Assembly (NCBI GenBank): GCA_963721805.1 | Contig: CAVRJY010000001.1 | Span: 1,424,081 to 1,488,080, forward strand | Length of the DNA stretch: 64,000 nucleotides | Source of the DNA: Nitrospirota bacterium | GTDB lineage: Bacteria; Nitrospirota; Thermodesulfovibrionia; Thermodesulfovibrionales; JdFR-86 | Reading direction: 5' to 3' | Position numbers and translations under genes: made by a program | Shown here: positions 38,966 through 49,490 of the stretch, piece by piece | Layout of the letters: the number at the start of each line of letters is the position of its first letter | How positions within the stretch are numbered: position 1 is the stretch's first letter | Notes under the pieces: generated by a model | Databases searched by the model: none | What the model saw: only the letters and a program-made list of their open reading frames with translations | Told to the model about the DNA's origin: nothing

Positions 38966-39612
38966 TGCACCTGCTTAGCAATTTCGTAGACATCTTCCTG
39001 CACCTCGACGTGCACTTAAGCGCGGTGATAACGCAGTACGGGATATGGACTTACCTCATATTGTTCGTCATAATATTTTGCGAGACCGGGCTCGTGGTGA
39101 CGCCGTTTCTGCCGGGCGACTCGCTGCTATTCGCTGCCGGGACTTTCGCTGCACTGGGCTCGCTCGACGTATGGATGCTCACGGCCCTGCTCGCGGCCTC
39201 GGCGATACTCGGAAACATGACGAACTACCAGATCGGCCGCATCATCGGCCCGAAGGCCCTTTGCAGGCCCAATTCGCGCATCTTCCGGCGGGAATACCTC
39301 CAGAAGACCGAGCTGTACTTCGAGCGGTACGGGGCGATGACGATCGCGCTGAGCCGCTTCGCGCCGATAGTGCGCACGTTCGCGCCTTTCATGGCAGGGG
39401 TCGGGCGGATGCGGTACATGAAGTTCGCGGCCTACAACTTCGCGGGCGGGCTCTCGTGGGTATTGCTTTTCATCTTTGGGGGGTATTTCTTCGGCAACAT
39501 CCCGTTCGTGCGGAAGAACTTCACGCTGGTCATTATGGCCATCGTCCTCGTCTCGATCCTGCCGACGGTGATCGAGGTCGTCAGACACCGCCGTACCGGG
39601 CAACAGTCTTAA
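38965..39612 (+). CDS. DedA-family membrane protein
   Basis: MHLLSNFVDIF...ETGLVVTPFLPGDSLLFAAG. The ATG overlaps the corrected trpD stop (TAATG). Confidence 0.8.
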   Translation: MHLLSNFVDIFLHLDVHLSAVITQYGIWTYLILFVIIFCETGLVVTPFLPGDSLLFAAGTFAALGSLDVWMLTALLAASAILGNMTNYQIGRIIGPKALCRPNSRIFRREYLQKTELYFERYGAMTIALSRFAPIVRTFAPFMAGVGRMRYMKFAAYNFAGGLSWVLLFIFGGYFFGNIPFVRKNFTLVIMAIVLVSILPTVIEVVRHRRTGQQS

Positions 39613-39619
39613 TCCGATT

Positions 39620-41407
39620 CTAATTACGCGTCTTGGCCGTGGCTGTGTTCGAGAAGTCCGAGAGCCCGTAGGTCGGGCTGTAGGCCGCCATCCTGAAGTA
39701 GTACCTCTTATGCCTCTTAAGATGGATCGCGGATACGGACGTAGAGCTGCCGTCCAGCAGCCCGAGGTACTTAAACGTGACGCCGTTTGTGCTGTACTCG
39801 AAATAATACTCAAGGTCGCTGACGCCGCTGTTGTACCCATTGGCCGACCAGTTTAGTAGTATCTTCGAGGACGAGACCGTGGCAGCGGTCAGCGGGCCGG
39901 GCGCATACGGCGCGACCTCATAAGAAGCGGTCATCCAGTCCGAATCCCCCACGCCACTTGTGGCCCGCGACTCGACGTTCAAGGTCGAGCCCACGGCCGG
40001 GACGTTGGCCAGGCTGAAGGTCGCAGAGTTCACGACCCCTAAGCCCTGCGTGGTCCAGTCCAGCGTGTCAGGGTCCTGTATATGCACGGTATACGAGGTC
40101 GCGGTCGTAGAGTTTCGGACCCAGTTGACGGTCAAGGTTGAGCCATCCCCGCTTACGTGCCCGGTCATGTTCGACGGCGGAAGCGGGCTGTAATCGGCGG
40201 CGTTCAGGACGAGCGAGTTATAGACGTTCAGGCGGCCCCCGCTTACGGTGCTGCCGGCCAGCACCGGATCGACGCCCAGCAGCAGGGCCTCGCGGGCCTG
40301 CTTGTAGTCGTACTCCGGGTGTTTGGCCTCGATCAGGGCGAGCGCGCCGGCCGAGATCGGGGACGAGAACGAGGTCCCGTCCATGTAGACATACTGGCTG
40401 TTGAAATACGTGCTCAGGATGTCGACGCCGGGCGCACCGAGGTGCACGGTGCCGTGGCCGTAGTTGGTAAACCATGCAAGGCCGTCGGTCTGGTCCGTCG
40501 CCCCGGCCGAGATGACGTTGTCGAGGTCGTGCGAGGCCGGATACGTCGGGGTCTCGTCGTTGTCGCAGCCGAAGTTTCCGGCGGCCGCGACGAGGAGCAC
40601 GCCATGCTCGCCCGCGTATTGGATCGCGTCGCGTTCGGCCTCCGAGGGCTCGACGACATAACAGCCTGACGGGTATGCGTAGCTCGCGTTAAGGACGCGC
40701 GCGCCGTGGTCCACGGCGTACCGGATGGCGCGGGCTGCGGTGGCGATGTCGCCCGAGCCGGTGCTGTCGAGGACCTTGACCGACATTATCCGCACGCTGT
40801 TGGCGATGCCCGCGACCCCGATAGCGTTATTGCCCACCGCCCCGATGACGCCGGCGACGAACGTGCCATGGCCGTTGTTGTCCTCCGGGGGCTTGTCAGT
40901 GTTGACGAAGTTCTTTCCATGCTTGCCCCTCTTGTTGGTCCACATGTCTGCCTTGAGATCCGGGTGATTGGACTGCACCCCGGTGTCAAGCACCGCCACC
41001 ACTATGCCCGTCGCGCTGGGCTGGACCTCCCAGGCCGCCGTGGCGTTAACCATCGGAAGGCTCCACTGGGAGGAGTAGTACGAGTCGTTGGGGGGCGTGC
41101 CCACGGCATGGATGATGTAGTTCGGCTCTGCATACTGCACGTTGGGGTCGGCCCTGAAGCTCGCCACCGCGTCCTCGACGCTCATGCCCGCCGAGAGTCT
41201 GACGCGGTGGGTGCGCTTGTGCCCAATCCGTTCGGAGGATATCCCGCCGTGCGCGCGCATGTCCGTTAGGCTGACAGTATCCGGTACATTGTTTTTGTAC
41301 TTGACTATGACCTCGCCCGCGACGTAAGGGGCATACAGGGCCGCGCAGAGCGCCGACGCCCAGCCCATCACGAGCACCAGGGCCAATATCCGGATTGTCG
41401 TTTTCAT
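39620..41407 (-). CDS. secreted S8 subtilisin-like serine protease with C-terminal Ig/FN3-like repeats
   Basis: VAVLDTGV (Asp), HGTFVAGVIG (His) and GTSFSSPISAG (Ser), plus a signal peptide. Confidence 0.85.
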   Translation of the reverse strand: MKTTIRILALVLVMGWASALCAALYAPYVAGEVIVKYKNNVPDTVSLTDMRAHGGISSERIGHKRTHRVRLSAGMSVEDAVASFRADPNVQYAEPNYIIHAVGTPPNDSYYSSQWSLPMVNATAAWEVQPSATGIVVAVLDTGVQSNHPDLKADMWTNKRGKHGKNFVNTDKPPEDNNGHGTFVAGVIGAVGNNAIGVAGIANSVRIMSVKVLDSTGSGDIATAARAIRYAVDHGARVLNASYAYPSGCYVVEPSEAERDAIQYAGEHGVLLVAAAGNFGCDNDETPTYPASHDLDNVISAGATDQTDGLAWFTNYGHGTVHLGAPGVDILSTYFNSQYVYMDGTSFSSPISAGALALIEAKHPEYDYKQAREALLLGVDPVLAGSTVSGGRLNVYNSLVLNAADYSPLPPSNMTGHVSGDGSTLTVNWVRNSTTATSYTVHIQDPDTLDWTTQGLGVVNSATFSLANVPAVGSTLNVESRATSGVGDSDWMTASYEVAPYAPGPLTAATVSSSKILLNWSANGYNSGVSDLEYYFEYSTNGVTFKYLGLLDGSSTSVSAIHLKRHKRYYFRMAAYSPTYGLSDFSNTATAKTRN

Positions 41408-41447
41408 GGCCTACATTTTATCAGAATCGGCGCAGCTTTGCCGGGGC

Positions 41448-42281
41448 CTATTGCCGCTTATAGAACATGCCGCCGCCGAGGATCTCGAGCATCTCTTCAG
41501 TGACCTCCTCCTGCCGGACGTAGTTCTGCGCGGACTCGAGCGCCGAGATATGCTTTTCTAAGTTTTTCGACGCGCCCTCCATGCTCCTGAGGCGGTACCA
41601 GTTCTCGCTGCGCAGGGACTCGGCGCAGCACCTGTATAGGCTGATGTACAGAAACTCATCGAGCAGTCCCTCAAAGACCGCCTGCGGCGCGAGGTACATA
41701 AGCGGCGGGAATCCGGGGGAGGCCGCCGCGGCCTCGGGCGGCAGCACGCGCTCGACCGAGAGGCCGGCCTGGTTGTCCGCCACCGAGGTAAAGACCATCG
41801 CCAGGCTGTCGTATTCGCTCGCCCCGTAGATCCCGGTTATATTGGAGGCCAGGGTCCTGAGCATATCGTGGATGCCCTCGACGCTCACGGCCGATTCCAT
41901 GAACCCACCGTACCGGATTCCAGCGCCTTCGAGGACGCCCCTTAGCCTGCCGCCCACGACGAAGAGCGTATCGCTCGCGGTGACGGCATCGCGCACGGCC
42001 TCGGCGGCCTTCTCGTTAAACGCCCCGCAAAGCCCCTGCGTCGAGCCGAACGCAACCAGGAGCCGTCTGCCGCCGCCTTTGCTTTCCCTGGGTGAGGGCG
42101 GGACATGCGCCGTCAGGTCGCGGATCGCACCAAGCAATTCCCGCTCGTACTCGCGCGAGGTCAGCACGGATTGCTCTGTCTTCCTTAGCGCCACGCCGGC
42201 ATATGCCTTCATCGCGCCCACGATGTCCTGCATCGCGCGAAACGTGCCTATCTGCTTGCCTATGTCCGCGGCGCTGGCCAC
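41448..42281 (-). CDS. atpG: N-type ATPase gamma subunit
   Basis: 277 aa; the last gene of the atpDC-Q-BEFAG order. Confidence 0.8.
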   Translation of the reverse strand: MASAADIGKQIGTFRAMQDIVGAMKAYAGVALRKTEQSVLTSREYERELLGAIRDLTAHVPPSPRESKGGGRRLLVAFGSTQGLCGAFNEKAAEAVRDAVTASDTLFVVGGRLRGVLEGAGIRYGGFMESAVSVEGIHDMLRTLASNITGIYGASEYDSLAMVFTSVADNQAGLSVERVLPPEAAAASPGFPPLMYLAPQAVFEGLLDEFLYISLYRCCAESLRSENWYRLRSMEGASKNLEKHISALESAQNYVRQEEVTEEMLEILGGGMFYKRQ

Positions 42282-42284
42282 GCC

Positions 42285-43781
42285 TCAGCCCCCCGGTCTC
42301 GCGATCAGCCCGCCAAGCCTCGCGGTGTCCTTCTCGGTAAGGGTGGCTCCGTTTCTGAGCCGCTGCATGGCCTCGGGCATCTCGGACTTTACGAGATCGA
42401 GCATCTCGCGGCAGGTCTTGTCCACCGCCGCAAGCTCGATCCCGTCGAGCGCCCCGGTGCCGAGTATCGTCATGCGCATGATCTGGTCCTCCACGGGCAG
42501 GGGGTGCAAGGGCGGCTGCTTCAGGAGTTCGCGCATGCGCTCGCCGCGGCGGATGAGCTTCGCGGTCTCTTCCTCCACGCGGGCCCCGAACTTCGTGAAT
42601 ACCTCGACCTCCATGAAGCGCGAGTAGTCGATCTTGAACCCCGCGGCCACCTTCTTCATAGCCTCGGACTGGGCCTTGCCCCCTATCCTCGAGACCGACC
42701 TCGCCACGTCCACCGCGGGGCGGAGCCCCTTGTTAAACAGGCTCGTATCGAGGTATATCTGGCCATCGGTTATGGATATCAGGTTCGTCGGGATATAGGC
42801 CGATATCCTGCCCTGCTGCGTCTCGACTATCGGGAGCGCCGTGATCGAGCCGCCGCCGTACGAGCGGTCGAGCTTCGCCGAGCGCTCCAAAAGCCTCGCG
42901 TGCAGAAAGAAGATATCGCCCGGGTATGCCTCGCGCCCCGGGGGCCTCCTCAGCAGGAGGCTCAGCGAGCGGTACGCCTCGGCGTGCTTCGTCAGGTCGT
43001 CATATACGATCAGGACGTCGCGGCCCCTGTCGAGGAAATACTCAGCTATAGCAGTGGCGCTGTAAGGCGCGATGTACTGGATGCCGACGGAATCCGACGC
43101 GCTGGCCGCCACGCACACGGCGTGCGAGAACTCGCCGTATTTCTTGATCTCCTCTATAGTCTTGAGTATCCGCGAGTTCTTCTGGCCTATGGCCGCGTAG
43201 ACGCAGATCACGCCCGTGTCCTTCTGGTTTATGATCGTATCGACCGCTATCGCGGTCTTTCCGGTCGAGGGGTCGCCGAGGATGAGCTCGCGCTGTCCCC
43301 GGCCTATCGCGAGCATCGAATCTATGGCCGTGATGCCGGTATACAGCGGGGCGTTAACGAAATCCCTCTGGATCAGCGGAGGCGCGGTACGCTCGACCGG
43401 ATAGGTGGCTGCGGATTCCGGCACCGGGCCGCCGTCAAGCGGGTTGCCCATCGGGTCGACGACGCGGCCCAGCAACCCCTCCCCCACTCCAATGGATGCG
43501 AGGCGTTCGGTCTTGCTCGCGCGCATGCCCGCCCTGACGTCGAGACACGGCGTGAGCAGCACGATGCCGATGCTGTCGGCCGAGATATCGAGCACTATGC
43601 CCTGGTCGCAGCCCTCAAGCTGTATGAGTTCGTACAGCTTCGCGTCCCTGAGCCCGGCGATCCGCGCTATCCCGTCCCCGACCGAGAGCACCCGCCCTTC
43701 CTGCGATACCCTGAGCGAGAGCCCGCTCTGCCTTACGGTCTCGTTGATCTGCTGGAACACCCCGGCGAGCGCGGCCTCCAT
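42285..43781 (-). CDS. atpA: N-type ATPase alpha subunit
   Basis: GDPSTGKT Walker A; 498 aa. Confidence 0.9.
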   Translation of the reverse strand: MEAALAGVFQQINETVRQSGLSLRVSQEGRVLSVGDGIARIAGLRDAKLYELIQLEGCDQGIVLDISADSIGIVLLTPCLDVRAGMRASKTERLASIGVGEGLLGRVVDPMGNPLDGGPVPESAATYPVERTAPPLIQRDFVNAPLYTGITAIDSMLAIGRGQRELILGDPSTGKTAIAVDTIINQKDTGVICVYAAIGQKNSRILKTIEEIKKYGEFSHAVCVAASASDSVGIQYIAPYSATAIAEYFLDRGRDVLIVYDDLTKHAEAYRSLSLLLRRPPGREAYPGDIFFLHARLLERSAKLDRSYGGGSITALPIVETQQGRISAYIPTNLISITDGQIYLDTSLFNKGLRPAVDVARSVSRIGGKAQSEAMKKVAAGFKIDYSRFMEVEVFTKFGARVEEETAKLIRRGERMRELLKQPPLHPLPVEDQIMRMTILGTGALDGIELAAVDKTCREMLDLVKSEMPEAMQRLRNGATLTEKDTARLGGLIARPGG

Positions 43782-43782
43782 A

Positions 43783-44523
43783 TCAGACTACCTTCTCCCG
43801 AAGCCCCATGCTCAAGGCCTTAAGCTGTCCGGCCAAAGACATGTCGAACACGAGGTCGTTAGCCCTCACCACCACGCCTGCTATCAGTTCAGGCTCGACG
43901 GTCACGTCCATAGAGGCCGACGGCATCGGCGCGATTGCCGACCTCAGCCCATCGGCCAATGCCTGCGCCATGGGGAATGCGCTTGCGAGTTGCACCTGCA
44001 CGGGGCTGCCGTCCTTCGGGGCGGCCCCGCTTATCTCGGCCGATATCCGGCCCGCCTCGGCCATTAACCTGCGGACGAGGGCGGCATGCAGTTCCGCGTC
44101 CGCGGCGTCCTTCAGGAGCAGCCCGGCGTATGACGCTACGGCCTCGATGGCCATGCCCTTGACTGCCTCCCCGGCCTTCGCCCTTTCGGCCTCAAGGAGC
44201 GCCTTCTCCTTTTCAGCGACCTTTCGGGCCTCGGCCTCGGCCTCGGAGATGAGGCGCGCCTTCTCGGCGGCGGCCTGGTCCTTCGCCTCGTCCATCATGC
44301 GCGCGCTCGATGCCCGGAGTTCGCCCAACTCCTTCGTGCGCGCGTCTTTAAGGGCCTCGGCCTCGCGCTTCGTCCTCTCGGCATCCTCCATCAGCGCCGC
44401 GGAAGCGGCCCTGCGCTTTTCCATTATCTCGCGGACCGGTTTGAAGAGCACGCGCCTGAGGATAAGCACCAGTACGGTGAAGTTGATTATCTGAAACGCG
44501 AATGTCCAGAAATCGAACTTCAT
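43783..44523 (-). CDS. atpF: ATPase b subunit with delta/OSCP-like C-terminal extension
   Basis: N-terminal TM helix, charged coiled coil, and C-terminal ELIAGVVVRANDLVFDMSLAGQL. Confidence 0.75.
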   Translation of the reverse strand: MKFDFWTFAFQIINFTVLVLILRRVLFKPVREIMEKRRAASAALMEDAERTKREAEALKDARTKELGELRASSARMMDEAKDQAAAEKARLISEAEAEARKVAEKEKALLEAERAKAGEAVKGMAIEAVASYAGLLLKDAADAELHAALVRRLMAEAGRISAEISGAAPKDGSPVQVQLASAFPMAQALADGLRSAIAPMPSASMDVTVEPELIAGVVVRANDLVFDMSLAGQLKALSMGLREKVV

Positions 44524-44786
44524 TTTGCGAGCTGTCCGATCAGCGGATTGGCGAAAAGCACAATCAGCGCGATTACGAACGAATAGATCGCTATAGATTC
44601 GATCAGCGCCATCCCGACGAACAGCGTCCTCATGATCTGGGCCGAGCTCTCAGGCTGGCGCGCTATCGCCTCTAGGGCCTTGGCGAGCGCCTCCCCGAGC
44701 CCCCTCGCCGGGCCGTACCCGCCGATGGCTATCGCCAGCCCCGCCGCCGCTATCGAGACAGAGACCACTATTGCCATGGAATCCAT
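44520..44786 (-). CDS. atpE: ATPase c subunit
   Basis: Start taken at MDSMAIVV, after an AAGGAGG RBS. ARQPE loop and LIESIAIYSFVIAL ion-binding helix. Confidence 0.85.
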   Translation of the reverse strand: MDSMAIVVSVSIAAAGLAIAIGGYGPARGLGEALAKALEAIARQPESSAQIMRTLFVGMALIESIAIYSFVIALIVLFANPLIGQLAK

Positions 44787-44802
44787 TATCAAGCGCCTCC
44801 TT

Positions 44803-45468
44803 TTATTTTTGATCCCCAATGCCGCCCGCGATGAAGACGAGCGTCAGGATACCGAATATATACGCCTGTATCAGGCTGATGATGAAGTGCAACAGGTCAA
44901 ACGGCACCGGCACCAGAAACCCTACGATCCCCAGGAGTATCAGCGCTATCAGCTCTCCGCTGAGCATGTTGCCGAAGAGCCTGACCGCGAGCGCGATAGT
45001 GCGCGTGGCCTCTGCAATCAGATTAAACGGCAGCAGAAACCACGTGGGCTCGGTGTAATGCCTGAGGTATCCCTTGAACCCCCTCGCCCACAGGCCGAAG
45101 ATGTGAGTCATCGAAAACGAGAGCACCGCGAACGCGAAGGTGGTGTTCAGGTCCGCGGTCGGGGTCGTAAAGCCCGGCAGCAGCCCTATGAGGTTTGAGG
45201 CTCCGATCAGCAGCCAAAGGGTGCCGATGATCGGCACCACCGGGGCCGACAGCGCGGGGAGGATGTCCTTCACCGTATTGTCGACGGCCTCATACGACGC
45301 CTCGAGGACCTCCTGCATGACCGTTGGCCTCGTCGAGAGACGCCGGGTCAGGACGTATGAGCCCGCGGTGAGCGCGAGCATCACGACCCATGTCGTGATC
45401 ACCGAGCCGGTGATGTCGACCGGGCCCAGGGTGATTACCGCCTGAGGGAATATCTCGGGGGGCTTCAT
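44803..45468 (-). CDS. atpB: ATPase a subunit
   Basis: AVRLFGNMLSGE with the conserved Arg. Confidence 0.85.
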   Translation of the reverse strand: MKPPEIFPQAVITLGPVDITGSVITTWVVMLALTAGSYVLTRRLSTRPTVMQEVLEASYEAVDNTVKDILPALSAPVVPIIGTLWLLIGASNLIGLLPGFTTPTADLNTTFAFAVLSFSMTHIFGLWARGFKGYLRHYTEPTWFLLPFNLIAEATRTIALAVRLFGNMLSGELIALILLGIVGFLVPVPFDLLHFIISLIQAYIFGILTLVFIAGGIGDQK

Positions 45469-45742
45469 TTCGTCCTCCTCATCAGGAAAAACCAGACGTT
45501 ATAGATCCCGGCAGCGATGCCCAGTATTATCAGCGTCAGGGTCCACGAGATATGCCCTCCCGCTGCAATGGTACGGTCGAGATATTTGCCGAGATATGCC
45601 CCTGCGACCACCGGGATGACGAAGAGCCATCCGCCCGCGCCTATGACCGAGGCGTAATTCCAGAACGTCCGGCGCTCGTCCTTCCACCTCCGGAGGCCCC
45701 TTGCCGACCGCTCTATCTCCTTTAAGAATCCCTCGTCCTTCT

Positions 45743-45746
<4 letters not shown>
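45465..45746 (-). CDS. AtpQ/AtpZ (AtpI-like) small membrane protein of N-ATPase operons
   Basis: 93 aa with two TM helices, positioned between atpC and atpB. Confidence 0.6.
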
Positions 45747-47532
<1,786 letters not shown>

Positions 47533-47619
47533 CTACCCATGAGCAAAGGATATCACCTATGAATGTGCGGCGCAATAAACATCGGTATACAGGCCGCCAC
47601 TAATGCGATATAATCGGGC

Positions 47620-47739
47620 ATGGAGCATGAAACACTAAGCAGGCGCATAAGTTTCCTGAGGCCGCTTTGGTGGCTCATTCACCTGATCGCTATCGGCACG
47701 GCCTATACCCTCGGGCACCTGAGCCGGGGATTGTTCTGA
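47620..47739 (+). CDS. 39-aa single-TM micro-protein (PLWW motif), paralog of the next ORF
   Basis: My translation is MEHETLSRRISFLRPLWWLIHLIAIGTAYTLGHLSRGLF*. The stop overlaps the next ATG (TGATG). TATAAT lies 5 nt upstream of the ATG. Confidence 0.4.
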   Translation: MEHETLSRRISFLRPLWWLIHLIAIGTAYTLGHLSRGLF

Positions 47740-47843
47740 TGCTCGCGCGGTTCATGCGATACAAGCCGCTATGGTGGGTCCTGCATGCGGTCACTATTAC
47801 GGCGGCCTTCCTGCTGGGGCGGTTCGTACACTTCGAGTTCTAG
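47739..47843 (+). CDS. 34-aa single-TM micro-protein (PLWW motif)
   Basis: My translation is MLARFMRYKPLWWVLHAVTITAAFLLGRFVHFEF*. The TAG abuts ATG 47844. Confidence 0.4.
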   Translation: MLARFMRYKPLWWVLHAVTITAAFLLGRFVHFEF

Positions 47844-48275
47844 ATGGTACGCCGGCACCTGCTGATGGCCCTCGTGATGCTCGCGCTCGTGGGGCTCGTG
47901 ATCCACTACATAGCTCACCTTTTTTTCGTTCCCGACAGGGTCACGAAAGCCCTGACGTTTGACGGCTCGAAGTTCATGGCGTCATTATTGGGATTCGTCG
48001 ACGTGTTCGTCGTCACGGGACTTTTTCTGTCGCGCAGGACAGCGGTCTACGGGTATCTCCTAAACGGGATGATCGTCATACTCGGAACTATCCTCATGAG
48101 CCATTTCGCTATCGCGTCATTCATCGCCAAGGGCATCCCGCCCGAAGGCGTCATCCTCGGCTCCAACGCGATAGACATTACCCTGGCATGGGCGGATTTC
48201 TTAGTGGGGCGCGCACTGTATGAGGTTATCATGCAGGGTGAACGGGCAGCGGCATATGGGCAGGGGCGCGGCTAA
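47844..48275 (+). CDS. hypothetical 4-TM membrane protein
   Basis: 143-aa hydrophobic ORF, translationally coupled to the two micro-ORFs. Confidence 0.6.
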   Translation: MVRRHLLMALVMLALVGLVIHYIAHLFFVPDRVTKALTFDGSKFMASLLGFVDVFVVTGLFLSRRTAVYGYLLNGMIVILGTILMSHFAIASFIAKGIPPEGVILGSNAIDITLAWADFLVGRALYEVIMQGERAAAYGQGRG

Positions 48276-48277
48276 AT

Positions 48278-48374
48278 GGCGAGAGCGTGTGGGAATCGAA
48301 CCCACCCTGCCCCGATTAGGGGGCAACACTGGATTTGAAGTCCAGGAGGGACACCAGAGCCCTATACGCTCCCA
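48278..48374 (-). tRNA. selC: tRNA-Sec (UCA), CCA encoded
   Basis: Hand fold gives an 8-bp acceptor GGGAGCGT/ACGCTCTC, a 5-bp T stem GTGGG/CCCAC, anticodon loop CTTCAAA, a long variable arm TGCCCC..GGGGCA and discriminator G. Length is 97 nt. Confidence 0.9.
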
Positions 48375-48475
48375 ACTGAAGAAAGCCCCTTAAGTTTACT
48401 GGATATTCAGGCTGAATGCAAAGCTTGGCCAAAGGGCTTGCATGCACGAGCCTTATTAAAGCGGAGGTGTCCACC

Positions 48476-49411
48476 ATGCCTGACAGAGTCCTGTTCGTGG
48501 AGGATGAGCCCGGAGCACTGGGCGCGCTTAAGCGGCTGTTTTCGGGCGAGCCGGTCGAGGTGTCGGCCGCATCGAGCGCGGCCGGGGCCGAAGAGGCGAT
48601 CAGCCGCGAGGAGGTCGCGGTCATCGTCTCTGACAACCTCGTCTCCGGCCTGACGGGCATCGAACTCCTGCAGCGCGTCAGGCACATATCCCCCCGGACG
48701 GTGCGCATACTAATGACCGCACATACGGACGCCCAGGCGGCCATCGACGCGATCAACAAGGGCGAGGTCTTCAGGATCCTGACAAAACCCTGGGACGAAA
48801 AGGAGCTTAGAAAAACCGTGCTTGAGGCCGTTGGCCGCTACAGGGTCTCGAAGACCCTCGCCTCGGCCGACGAGCACACGACGCTCGCCATCGCGCAGGC
48901 GATCGAGCTGAAGGACCCGTACACTAAGGGCCACTGCGACAGGGTTGCCGGCTACGCCCTTGCCCTCGCAAAAGAAGCGGGGCTGGACGAGGACACCCAA
49001 AGGTTAGTGAAGCTCGGGAGCTGGCTGCACGACTGCGGCAAGATAGGGGTCCCTGAGGCGATACTGAACCATACCGGCCCTCTGTCGAAGGCTGAATGGA
49101 ATCTCGTGAGGAAGCACTCCGAATGGGGTGCGGACGTGGCGAGGGCCGCCGGGATGGACCCGCGCATCATCTCGATCATCCTGCACCACCACGAGAGATA
49201 CGACGGCTCGGGCTATCCGTACGGGCTCAAGGGCAAGGACCTCCCCGTCGAGGAGAGCGTCGTGGGCATAGCGGATATCTTCGATGCGCTCATGACGAAC
49301 CGTCCGTACAGGCAAAGCTGGCCTCAGGAGCAGGTCATCTCGCACATGAAGCGCGGCAGCGGCACCCTTTTCGACCCCGTGCTGATCGAGATTTTAATCA
49401 GGCTTCTCTAG
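48476..49411 (+). CDS. response regulator with HD-GYP c-di-GMP phosphodiesterase domain
   Basis: Start taken at MPDRVLFVEDEPG. Motifs HDCGKIGVP and HHERYDGSGYP. Confidence 0.85.
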   Translation: MPDRVLFVEDEPGALGALKRLFSGEPVEVSAASSAAGAEEAISREEVAVIVSDNLVSGLTGIELLQRVRHISPRTVRILMTAHTDAQAAIDAINKGEVFRILTKPWDEKELRKTVLEAVGRYRVSKTLASADEHTTLAIAQAIELKDPYTKGHCDRVAGYALALAKEAGLDEDTQRLVKLGSWLHDCGKIGVPEAILNHTGPLSKAEWNLVRKHSEWGADVARAAGMDPRIISIILHHHERYDGSGYPYGLKGKDLPVEESVVGIADIFDALMTNRPYRQSWPQEQVISHMKRGSGTLFDPVLIEILIRLL

Positions 49412-49490
49412 AGCTATTTAACTTTATTTTTAGGTATGTTTACTGATCTTATCTAAAGCGTTACTTAAACAATAGGGCTTTCTGATGCGA

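Noticed and set aside
48428-48444. TGGCCAaagggcTTGCA upstream of the HD-GYP regulator, as a possible sigma-54 promoter.
   Set aside because: The GG-to-GC spacing is one nucleotide too long, and sigma-54 promoters tolerate almost no spacer variation.
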